A stretch of DNA of 48,123 nucleotides from Coxiellaceae bacterium (lineage in GTDB: Bacteria; Pseudomonadota; Gammaproteobacteria; Coxiellales; Coxiellaceae), in NCBI GenBank assembly GCA_014238325.1, contig JABABH010000231.1, positions 1 through 48,123 of the forward strand, written 5' to 3'. The translations under genes and the position numbers were made by a program. The notes below the pieces were generated by a model. It had not been told where the DNA came from. It was given only the letters and a program-made list of their open reading frames with translations, and ran no database searches. Shown piece by piece: positions 30,196 to 38,190 of this stretch (its first letter is position 1; the number at the start of each line of letters is the position of its first letter).

Positions 30196-31124
30196 ATCTG
30201 ATCATCCTGCATGCACGCTGGCACTAATTGTTGTAATTGATCATAAATCCAAAGATCTTTGTTTAAATCTAATATTTGGTTCTTCTCCACAAGCGACTTA
30301 AAATATTGATATTCTAATGCCCAAGTGGGATCACTCTGCGTTAATACCATGACTTTTTCTGTGGGATGCCCGCTCGGTAAGACACGATGTCTTTCAATGA
30401 AACGACTTGGCCCCCATTTGCATAAGGAATCGATATGTAGTGAGCCCTTCTCTGCCAAGATATCGCAAGAAAAAGTATTGCGCCAAGATAATAAAGTCAT
30501 CTCAAATACTATTTTTATAGAAGACTTTTGATTTAAGACAAGAATATAATCAGGCGCCTGGTTTTCATGACGCTGCACATCAATACAACGATAATTGAAA
30601 TCTCGAAGCCCAAACCAATAATCAACCATGTCTAATAGATGAGAGCATAAATCATTGAGCACACCGCCTCCACAATCACGCCAAGGCGAGGCTCGTACTA
30701 ATTTCGCTGTCCCATTGCCATAAAACAAGCGACATCGATAAATTCTCCCAAAAGGGTGTGCCTGGAGGCGCTGCAATATAGCTTGGATATGCGGTTCAAA
30801 TCGGTGATTATAAGCCGTATATAAGACGCATCCATGCTGAGAAGCCAGAGCCTCTAACTCAATAATCTGTGATCTTTCGGCTACCCATAACGGCTTTTCC
30901 ACTAATACATGTTTGCTCTTAAGCAATAAATATCGAATAATCGCATATTTCTCATCATCAGGCACACACACCAACGCTGCATCGTAATCTGATAAAGCAA
31001 CCTCGTGTACATGACGATAGTCTGCTTCCATACACACAGGATCAACACTCGCGATATAATCAGAGCCAGCACATGCTTGACGCTTCTTCCCCTGCACGCC
31101 CAATCCAATAACAATAATTCTCAT
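30183..31124 (-). CDS. Gfo/Idh/MocA-family oxidoreductase
   Basis: MRIIVIGLGVQGKKR Rossmann N-terminus and HVLVEKPL motif; 313 aa. Confidence 0.7.
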   Translation of the reverse strand: MRIIVIGLGVQGKKRQACAGSDYIASVDPVCMEADYRHVHEVALSDYDAALVCVPDDEKYAIIRYLLLKSKHVLVEKPLWVAERSQIIELEALASQHGCVLYTAYNHRFEPHIQAILQRLQAHPFGRIYRCRLFYGNGTAKLVRASPWRDCGGGVLNDLCSHLLDMVDYWFGLRDFNYRCIDVQRHENQAPDYILVLNQKSSIKIVFEMTLLSWRNTFSCDILAEKGSLHIDSLCKWGPSRFIERHRVLPSGHPTEKVMVLTQSDPTWALEYQYFKSLVEKNQILDLNKDLWIYDQLQQLVPACMQDDQICVD

Positions 31125-32743
31125 GCTGGATGCGGATCCTCAACAACTTGTACAGAAATTTCTTCGAATAAATTTAAATGAGGCTGAATGCTTTTTAATT
31201 TTTCTCGTATATGCTCTGGGCTAATTGGATAATTGCCTTCTCGCTCACATTCACAGGCCGCAGCGACGATGCCCAATAAGCTCGCTAAAACTAAATTATC
31301 CGTCTTGGCTAAAACTAAGGTTGCATAAGCTAATAAGGCATCCCCCGCCCCTACACTGTCCACGACATGGGCTACAAAATTGGGTACAAAAAAGGGTGTT
31401 TCTTCGGAGCCTTCCGGCGCATAACAGGCCAATAATCCTTTTTCTCCAAGCTTTAAAATCATTTTCTTACAATGAGCTGTGGCGTATAATTGATTCGCTA
31501 ATAGTATAATACCTGAATCCTGATCCGCTAATGCGAATCGTGCTTCTCGTTCATTGGGAGTAATTAAATCAAAATGCTTAAATTCTGTAATATTACCCCA
31601 ACGGCTTGCAACCTGACTATCTGCAACCTTAAATGCTTGCTCTGGTATCGCCTTTAACAAACGATCAATGGTACGACGATTAAATATACCATGCCTAAAA
31701 TCACTACAAATCACAATATCACAAGAGGTCTTTTTTATTGCTTTCTCAAATTGCAATAAACAGCGATCATTGATGCTAGAATTATCTAGCGTATCAATTT
31801 TAAGCAAGCGATGCCCCTCTGCAATGACTGCATTCTTATACGTCGTTGGACGATTTTCATCAATGACTGCGTTGACTCGAACACCACTTTTTGATAATTC
31901 TTCTAATATAAACTTCTGTCGTGGATCCTGGCCTAATAGGGTCGTCAACGTCACATGGGCGCCGGCTGCTTTTAAATGTTGCGCAACAATCGCGGCGCCT
32001 CCTAAGTAATTTATTTGGGATTCATGTCGCACACTTAAAGTAGGGGTCTTAGTTTGCCCACCAATCATAGAGGTATAAAGAAATCCATCGACAATACTAT
32101 CGCCTACCACGTGAACATGCATGCCGTGGATGGCATCGAGACTACGCTCAATCTCACTAAAACTAATCTTATAATAATCTAATAAAGTGGCTAGTTTTTC
32201 GTACCTTAAATCGGGTTCACTCATATGCAATAAGGCGGTAGAAGAATATACTACATCACCCGGCGTAAATAACATCCTTCCGCCATAAGCTGTTAATGCC
32301 TGCTCTTCCTCAGCCGTCTTAGGATGTAGCCCGCTCGATACATATTCAAACCCCTTCGCAAATAAATCCGGTTGCAGTCTTGTAATCGTATTTAATGGTG
32401 TGGCATATTGATCAATAAGCACATAGTCAACCATTTCAAATGCTGCCAAATGAGCCGCGCGCAATGCTTCTGGAATATGAGGTCGATAGTTCCCTTTCGT
32501 CACATATCGATCTGCCGTTAAACTCGCCACCAACACCGAAGCCTTGCTCTTAGCATGCAATAAGTGGCGAACATGCCCTGGATGAACGACGTCAAAAACT
32601 CCGTGGCAAAGCACAACAGAGTGCTCGCGTGGGAATGGATGCAGGGTGTCACATAGCTCTGTCAGCGTTTTTATTTTATGGGTATACTGCTTTAACGACA
32701 CGAGACCGTCTCCTGCTTTGATCGGTCTAAATATTGAAACCAC
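31121..32743 (-). CDS. Bifunctional sugar nucleotidyltransferase (cytidylyltransferase fold) / PfkB-family sugar kinase, HldE-like with swapped domain order
   Basis: N-terminal HxGH motif (CHGVFDVVHPGHVRHL). C-terminal PfkB domain (VHVVGDSIVDG..., DSVGAGDALLAY). 540 aa. Confidence 0.75.
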   Translation of the reverse strand: MVSIFRPIKAGDGLVSLKQYTHKIKTLTELCDTLHPFPREHSVVLCHGVFDVVHPGHVRHLLHAKSKASVLVASLTADRYVTKGNYRPHIPEALRAAHLAAFEMVDYVLIDQYATPLNTITRLQPDLFAKGFEYVSSGLHPKTAEEEQALTAYGGRMLFTPGDVVYSSTALLHMSEPDLRYEKLATLLDYYKISFSEIERSLDAIHGMHVHVVGDSIVDGFLYTSMIGGQTKTPTLSVRHESQINYLGGAAIVAQHLKAAGAHVTLTTLLGQDPRQKFILEELSKSGVRVNAVIDENRPTTYKNAVIAEGHRLLKIDTLDNSSINDRCLLQFEKAIKKTSCDIVICSDFRHGIFNRRTIDRLLKAIPEQAFKVADSQVASRWGNITEFKHFDLITPNEREARFALADQDSGIILLANQLYATAHCKKMILKLGEKGLLACYAPEGSEETPFFVPNFVAHVVDSVGAGDALLAYATLVLAKTDNLVLASLLGIVAAACECEREGNYPISPEHIREKLKSIQPHLNLFEEISVQVVEDPHPA

Positions 32744-33738
32744 GTAGCTGTTGCATCAGCAATACTATGACGATCCCAAAGCGGTGCATCCGACCAATGC
32801 TGAATATTCTCAAGCATTTCATTCACCCCATCTCTAAAAGAAATAAGTGGATGCCAATCTAAATCCTGTTGAATTTTAGCCGTATCCGCCCAAGTACAAT
32901 CCGGCTCACCGGGGCGCTTAGGAATATATTCGACCTCCCCTCCTAACTGCTCAACCAGAGCATGGACGGATTGAGGCTGGCCGGCTCCTACATTCCAAAT
33001 TTCACCTGTTTTTTTAGTTTCAGCCGCCATTAAAAAAGCACGTACCACATCCGTTACATAAAGAAAATCTCGTTTTTGCGTCCCATCCCCCACGACGGTA
33101 AAAGGACGTCCCGCTAATTTCTGCTTTAAAAAAACACCAAATGCCGCCCCATATACACCGGTTGTTCGAACCCGCGTACCAAAAGCATTAAAAATTCGAA
33201 TAGAGTTGACCGGTAGCCCATAAACCTGCTGCCAATGGAAAACCGCTTGCTCCCCTAAATATTTAGAGAGTGCATAAGGATATTGAGGATAAATGGCGTG
33301 ATCTTCTCGCGTAGGCACATCCGCTAATCCATAACAAGAAGAGGAAGCCGCGTATATTATTTTTTTTATTTGGGCCGCTCGCGCGCATTCTAATACAGCA
33401 ACAGTGCCTTGCACATTAGTCTGCAAATAATCAAGAGGGCGTTCGATAGACGGTACGATATCGCCTATACCAGCAAAATGAAAAACATAGTCCACTTCTG
33501 AAAATAAAGCATGTGGTGGTTTCAACTGAGTAATATCGCTATCATCAAAAATAAAATTCGGATGATTCCAAGGTTGCTGCAAATTTTTTTGCTGACCGCC
33601 CACTAAATTATCGATAACTCGAACCTGATAGCCTCGATCCAATAACAAATCCACCATATGGCTACCAATAAAACCTGCCCCCCCTGTCACTAATGCAATA
33701 GGCTTTTTCATTACGCTATTTCTAGTTCTTTTATACAC
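32692..33738 (-). CDS. NAD-dependent epimerase/dehydratase (extended SDR)
   Basis: IALVTGGAGFIGSHMVDLLLDRGYQVRVIDNL and YxxxK (YALSKYLGE). The likely start is the ATG at 33711 (MKKPIALVTGG), abutting the upstream stop. Confidence 0.8.
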   Translation of the reverse strand: MYKRTRNSVMKKPIALVTGGAGFIGSHMVDLLLDRGYQVRVIDNLVGGQQKNLQQPWNHPNFIFDDSDITQLKPPHALFSEVDYVFHFAGIGDIVPSIERPLDYLQTNVQGTVAVLECARAAQIKKIIYAASSSCYGLADVPTREDHAIYPQYPYALSKYLGEQAVFHWQQVYGLPVNSIRIFNAFGTRVRTTGVYGAAFGVFLKQKLAGRPFTVVGDGTQKRDFLYVTDVVRAFLMAAETKKTGEIWNVGAGQPQSVHALVEQLGGEVEYIPKRPGEPDCTWADTAKIQQDLDWHPLISFRDGVNEMLENIQHWSDAPLWDRHSIADATATWFQYLDRSKQETVSCR

Positions 33739-34733
33739 TTCACATTATAATAACGATTATCCGTCATACTATTGGGCAACCATCCAGAGCGAAAAGCATG
33801 ACACAAATCGCGGACAGCTTGTTCAATACCGTATTGTGGCTCAAATTTTAAGCATCGTTTGATTTTGTCGGAATTAATATGATAAGAACGAATATCTTCA
33901 GAAGGCGAGGTCACAAGAGCAATGGGAGCTTTTTCAGGATATTCTTCTTCGACTACCTGTTTAACAATCATCGCGATGTCCATCATCGACCTATTTTGGT
34001 AGCCTGCATTAAAAATTTGACCGCGAATCTGATCATCTGGAGCCTTTAACAACAATTGATAAAGATGACACATATCTTGGATATGCAAATTAGGTCTCAA
34101 CTGGGTGCCACCAAATACATCAATTCTACCGTGATGAACAGCATGATTCGTTAAAATATTAACAGACAAATCGAGTCGCTGTCGTTTAGCATAACCACAA
34201 ATCGTCGCAGGACGAATAGCCACACAAACGAAATCATTATTTTGATGCTTAAATAATAAAGGTTCACACATTCCCTTATACTTATTGTACAAGGTCAATG
34301 GAATGAGAGGATGCTCTTCCGTGATATGTTTGGCCGAGGACACCCCATAAACCGAACTGGTAGAAGCATAAATAAAACGCCGTACACCCGCTTCCTTAGC
34401 GGCTATCACCATGGGCTCAAAGGCATCTAAATTAATGGAAGTGCTTAAATTTTCATCCAGTGAAAAACTCACATCATTAGAGATACAGGCCAGCGCAATG
34501 ACTGCGTCCACACTCTGTAGACTCTTTTTTAAATGAGAGGTATCTCGAATATCGCCTTTTATAAGGTTAAGCCGCGGGTGCTTAGCAAGCACATCCTCAC
34601 CAAAAAAAAAGGTATCATAGACCGTCACTCGATACCCCAGATCCAGTAATTGTGGAACTAAGGCACTACCGACATAACCAGCTCCACCCGTAACTAAGAT
34701 ATGATGAAATCGCTTGTCCATTAGGTCACACAT
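33711..34733 (-). CDS. NAD-dependent epimerase/dehydratase (extended SDR)
   Basis: ILVTGGAGYVGSALVPQLLDLGYRVTVYD and YNKYKGMCE (YxxxK). First gene of the long minus-strand operon. Confidence 0.8.
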   Translation of the reverse strand: MCDLMDKRFHHILVTGGAGYVGSALVPQLLDLGYRVTVYDTFFFGEDVLAKHPRLNLIKGDIRDTSHLKKSLQSVDAVIALACISNDVSFSLDENLSTSINLDAFEPMVIAAKEAGVRRFIYASTSSVYGVSSAKHITEEHPLIPLTLYNKYKGMCEPLLFKHQNNDFVCVAIRPATICGYAKRQRLDLSVNILTNHAVHHGRIDVFGGTQLRPNLHIQDMCHLYQLLLKAPDDQIRGQIFNAGYQNRSMMDIAMIVKQVVEEEYPEKAPIALVTSPSEDIRSYHINSDKIKRCLKFEPQYGIEQAVRDLCHAFRSGWLPNSMTDNRYYNVKCIKELEIA

Positions 34734-34754
34734 CCTTTTTCCTCAAGGATAGGT

Positions 34755-34783
34755 AGCATATCGAAAAATCGCATCCATAACAA
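34755..34783 (-). promoter_or_regulatory. Candidate sigma70-type promoter for the minus-strand sugar operon
   Basis: On the minus strand: TTGTTA (34783..34778), 17 nt spacer, TATGCT (34760..34755), about 20 nt upstream of the ATG at 34733. Sequence match only. Confidence 0.35.
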
Positions 34784-34794
34784 CTTTTTTTATA

Positions 34795-34823
34795 TTGGCA
34801 GTCATGGGAAGCTGTAGTATACT
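34795..34823 (+). promoter_or_regulatory. Candidate sigma70-type promoter for the transaldolase-family gene
   Basis: TTGGCA (34795..34800), 17 nt spacer, TATACT (34818..34823), about 40 nt upstream of the ATG at 34863. Sequence match only. Confidence 0.4.
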
Positions 34824-34862
34824 TTGCTCCTAAATTTATAAAATGCAGCGGGTAGGGACAAT

Positions 34863-35606
34863 ATGCTGAATTCACCATTGCAATATTTAAAAATAAAGAT
34901 ATTTGCTGACGGTGCCGATCCAACCATAATGCACCAACTCTCAAAAAAACCATATATAAAGGGTTTTACGACTAATCCCACTTTAATGCGACAAGCAGGC
35001 GTCCTGACGTATGAAGGCTTTGCAAAAGAAGTCGTGCGCTCTATTTCTACTCACCCCGTTTGCTTCGAAGTCTTTGCTGATGATTTAGATGAAATGGGGG
35101 ATCAGGCAGAAGTTTTAGCTCGTTTAGGAAACAACGTCTATATCAAAATTCCTGTCACGAATACACGTGGTCAATGTACAGGTCGTCTGATCCATCGCCT
35201 CTCTCAACAGGGCATTAAACTGAACATCACGGCTATAACTACTTTAGAACAAGTGAAAAAAGTAGTCAGCAGCTTTGTGGATGATACCCCTGGCATGATC
35301 TCCGTCTTTGCTGGCAGAATAGCTGATCGGGGTATTGATCCAGAACCCCATATGCAACAAGCTCTAAAAATTTTAGCAGAAAAGCCTAAACTAGAATTAC
35401 TATGGGCCAGCCCTAGAGAGCTATTCAATATTATTCAAGCCGATCGAATTGGCTGTCATATTATTACTGTTACTTATAAGATGCTTAATAATTTACCGCT
35501 ATTAGGGCAGGACCTTAGCGCATGCTCCTTAGAAACTGTGCAAATGTTTGCAAAAGATGCACAGGCAGCAAACTACAAAATTACAACTCCGGTAAGCATC
35601 TGTTAG
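34863..35606 (+). CDS. Transaldolase / fructose-6-phosphate aldolase-family protein (short TalC/FSA type)
   Basis: IFADGAD...GFTTNPTL, Schiff-base lysine context VYIKIPVT, and ITAITTLEQ. 247 aa. Confidence 0.8.
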   Translation: MLNSPLQYLKIKIFADGADPTIMHQLSKKPYIKGFTTNPTLMRQAGVLTYEGFAKEVVRSISTHPVCFEVFADDLDEMGDQAEVLARLGNNVYIKIPVTNTRGQCTGRLIHRLSQQGIKLNITAITTLEQVKKVVSSFVDDTPGMISVFAGRIADRGIDPEPHMQQALKILAEKPKLELLWASPRELFNIIQADRIGCHIITVTYKMLNNLPLLGQDLSACSLETVQMFAKDAQAANYKITTPVSIC

Positions 35607-35620
35607 AGCGATGTTTGATG

Positions 35621-35802
35621 ATACCGCTCGCGAATGAAGATGCGAAGTGGGTTATTGTGAGCGGTATACCTTTGTTTGGCTGGCGAAAAATAAATGTTCA
35701 CTCAGCCACTTCAAAAAAAATCGCGGTTTTCCCCTTAAGCATCCCCATCGCGATGAGTCACTTCAAGTGCATGCTTCGCATCTTGAAGTGGCATGGGTAT
35801 AC
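35621..35802 (+). repeat. Structured ~185-bp repeat, copy A (MITE/REP-like)
   Basis: ATACCGCTCGCGAATGAAGATGCGAAG...CTTCGCATCTTGAAGTGGCATGGGTATA. Aligns with copies at 41051..41237 (same orientation) and 40193..40355 and 43897..44082 (reverse). Confidence 0.9.
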
Positions 35803-35905
35803 CCATGCCCCCAGGGAAAAGGTGATTCCATTTGATCAAAAAATATGCTTAAATAAAAGGCAGCATGACCAACCGATCATCGCATAGCATAATAAAATTG
35901 GAGCA

Positions 35906-37192
35906 TTGAGGGCCGTGAAGTACGCACACAACTTGAACAAATCATTAACTTCCTCTGGCACAGCTGCAACGATACCAAACCACCCTAAGAGATATAGCCC
36001 GTACCCAAGCAAAGAAACTTTGTTACAGCACAAAAACAACGTTACCTCTTACCCATCACCTCCTGATCAGAAAAACGACATCATCGCAGCTATGAGACAA
36101 AGCGAATTAAACCATAGAAACCATCTACTTTTTTTGTCTGGTTCGTACAGCTTGCCAGCTCATTGTTCTACAAATAACCTAGGCCACCCCTCCTATCAAA
36201 GGCTACTAAGCCCTCTATACCCCATGAATCCTTCACACCACGTAGTCCTCCGCCCAAACCATCCATTACCTGCTCACCATCAAAAACAAGCGCCCTATAT
36301 TTATAGGCCGATCCAATCCTCCCGCTCTTCATATAACGCAACTACCCCCCCCTACACAACGAGCGCCACTATTAATAATAGAGATATCAATTCGCTATAT
36401 ATTAAAAATATGACTGCGATATTGGCCTCTTTCTTTCGGGTATCACCCCCTGTTCTTCCAAATGAAAGAAAGAAAATAAAAAATTTTTTCTTCGTTACGG
36501 AAAAGCAATTCAATGGCGTGGAAAAAACACCCTACCAGCATATTCTCGATGCAGGATTGAGCAATAAAAACATCTTGGACCTTTTTGGTTTTGCCAACTA
36601 TCAAATCCAAAATTTTTATATATTCAAACGAAAAGTAAATTCTTTTATGGATCATTTTATAGCGAGCACTCCCTCTACTCGCTCAACCTATGATTTCGCA
36701 AAACAAGTGCTGGAGGACTTCCCTTTTGATGGAGAGCAATCGACCCAATTAATTATAGATGCCATAACCCTACCAACAAGAAGATTTTTTGTGAAAAACA
36801 CGATCCTGGTATTTAATTTTTTTTCTCATCTACATAAACACCCGGAAGCCCGAAAAGAACTGAAGATAGGTCACTATACTTCCCTAAAGCGGCCTAACCC
36901 AGAGCCCCCCTCCACCCAATCATCGCAGGATACGGAAGCACCTTATAGGGCTTATCAACCTCCAGCAAAGTATATTATCTCAAAAAAAACTTGCCCTGAT
37001 CCATGTCCTGGTGTATCTTCTTCCTCCGAGAGTTTTAATCAGAGAGAGCAAAGCTTAGACGACATAGCCTTCCTCCGTTCCTCCTCTAGCAATACTCATT
37101 TCTTTCACGGAGCTAGTGACCAGCATCAAGATAATACGAATTCAGACGTCATTCCATACAAATCGGTACCGATATGGCGCCCATATTTATGA
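35906..37192 (+). CDS. Orphan protein 1 of a local paralogous family (low-complexity N- and C-terminal regions, one shared module)
   Basis: 428-aa ORF. Shared module at about aa 186-316 (NFFFVTEKQFNGVEKTPYQHILDAGLSNKNILDLFGF...NFFSHLHKHP). Start is uncertain (TTG 35906, GTG 35915, ATG 36092). No similarity to any family I recognise. Confidence 0.55.
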   Translation: MRAVKYAHNLNKSLTSSGTAATIPNHPKRYSPYPSKETLLQHKNNVTSYPSPPDQKNDIIAAMRQSELNHRNHLLFLSGSYSLPAHCSTNNLGHPSYQRLLSPLYPMNPSHHVVLRPNHPLPAHHQKQAPYIYRPIQSSRSSYNATTPPYTTSATINNRDINSLYIKNMTAILASFFRVSPPVLPNERKKIKNFFFVTEKQFNGVEKTPYQHILDAGLSNKNILDLFGFANYQIQNFYIFKRKVNSFMDHFIASTPSTRSTYDFAKQVLEDFPFDGEQSTQLIIDAITLPTRRFFVKNTILVFNFFSHLHKHPEARKELKIGHYTSLKRPNPEPPSTQSSQDTEAPYRAYQPPAKYIISKKTCPDPCPGVSSSSESFNQREQSLDDIAFLRSSSSNTHFFHGASDQHQDNTNSDVIPYKSVPIWRPYL

Positions 37193-37234
37193 GCTCTTCT
37201 ACTACTTATATACAAATCGAGCACGCTATAAATT

Positions 37235-38065
37235 ATGATATCAGCCTTATCACCTCAAAAACTAACATTGGCACTTTCTGAAAGGAAACACGCAACGGAT
37301 AGGGTGTTAAATGCGTTTACTAAGTCACGCCAAGAAGCTATCCAAGATTTTTTCTTTTGGGAACGTGTACACTTTAACGGTTCCGACAGACCTCGTTATG
37401 ATCATATCCAAAAGGCCGGATTTGCCTATAAATCTATCTTAAAAATATTTGGTCTTTCTCAAAGATTAAGAAGAAAAGATTGTATTTTCATGTATCGGGT
37501 TAAAATTTTTCTGGAAGGAGCTATTGAAAAAACTATCCCTGGGGCTCATGGCAACCCTTATAAATTCTCCATCTGTGAGCTACTCAAAGAACACCTATCG
37601 ATCGATCAAATTACCGTTATTTTTGAAAAATCAGCCGATCTTCTGAGAACGCTGCGTGTATTACGTGTTTTTTTTACAAACCACGCTAATACACCACAAG
37701 AAGCTGGGCAACTCCTTCAATCTCTGCCGTCTCTAAATTATTCCTCTCATTTTTATATAGACGAATTCATTCAGCAGATACAAGCTATTAGCCTGAACGA
37801 TCCTCTCTATGACAACAAAAATCTGCCCCACTTCTCGCAACAAAACTGTCTTTTCGCTTCTCCTCCGATCACGATTAACGGTGGTATTCCAATCCCACCC
37901 CCTCCGATCCCTATTAACCATATTATTCCGGTCCAGCCCCTCCCAACTATAGCTATCTATATCATCATTTCAGCTTCATCTAATAAACTGCAAGCACTTC
38001 CTTTACCTATACATCCTTCTGCTGATCAATATCAGATCAGCTACACTAACTTATATCCGTCTTAG
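37235..38065 (+). CDS. Orphan protein 2 of the family (one module plus polyproline tail)
   Basis: 276 aa. Module at about aa 31-160 (DFFFWERVHFNGSDRPRYDHIQKAGFAYKSILKIFGL...VFFTNHANTP). Tail contains IPIPPPPIPINHIIPVQPLP. Confidence 0.55.
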   Translation: MISALSPQKLTLALSERKHATDRVLNAFTKSRQEAIQDFFFWERVHFNGSDRPRYDHIQKAGFAYKSILKIFGLSQRLRRKDCIFMYRVKIFLEGAIEKTIPGAHGNPYKFSICELLKEHLSIDQITVIFEKSADLLRTLRVLRVFFTNHANTPQEAGQLLQSLPSLNYSSHFYIDEFIQQIQAISLNDPLYDNKNLPHFSQQNCLFASPPITINGGIPIPPPPIPINHIIPVQPLPTIAIYIIISASSNKLQALPLPIHPSADQYQISYTNLYPS

Positions 38066-38190
38066 AACATACTACAAAATGAAGACCTTACAATATGCTG
38101 TATTCTTTTATACGTGATCAAAATTAAACCTTTGTGGTAGAATACCAAATCACAAAATATTAATATTATAGTCTTGGGACCTTAACAATT

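Noticed and set aside
35522-35887. ORFs of 62-121 aa running through the repeat copies (35522..35887, 35647..35835, 40100..40300, 43985..44197).
   Set aside because: They exist only because the repeat lacks stops in some frames. The reading frame and orientation are not conserved among the four copies, so the repeat is not a conserved coding sequence.
35836-36039. Hydrophobic 67-aa ORF on the minus strand that could be a small membrane protein.
   Set aside because: It has a TTG start and no convincing RBS, and it overlaps the 5' region of orphan gene 1. It cannot be told apart from a chance ORF in AT-rich sequence.
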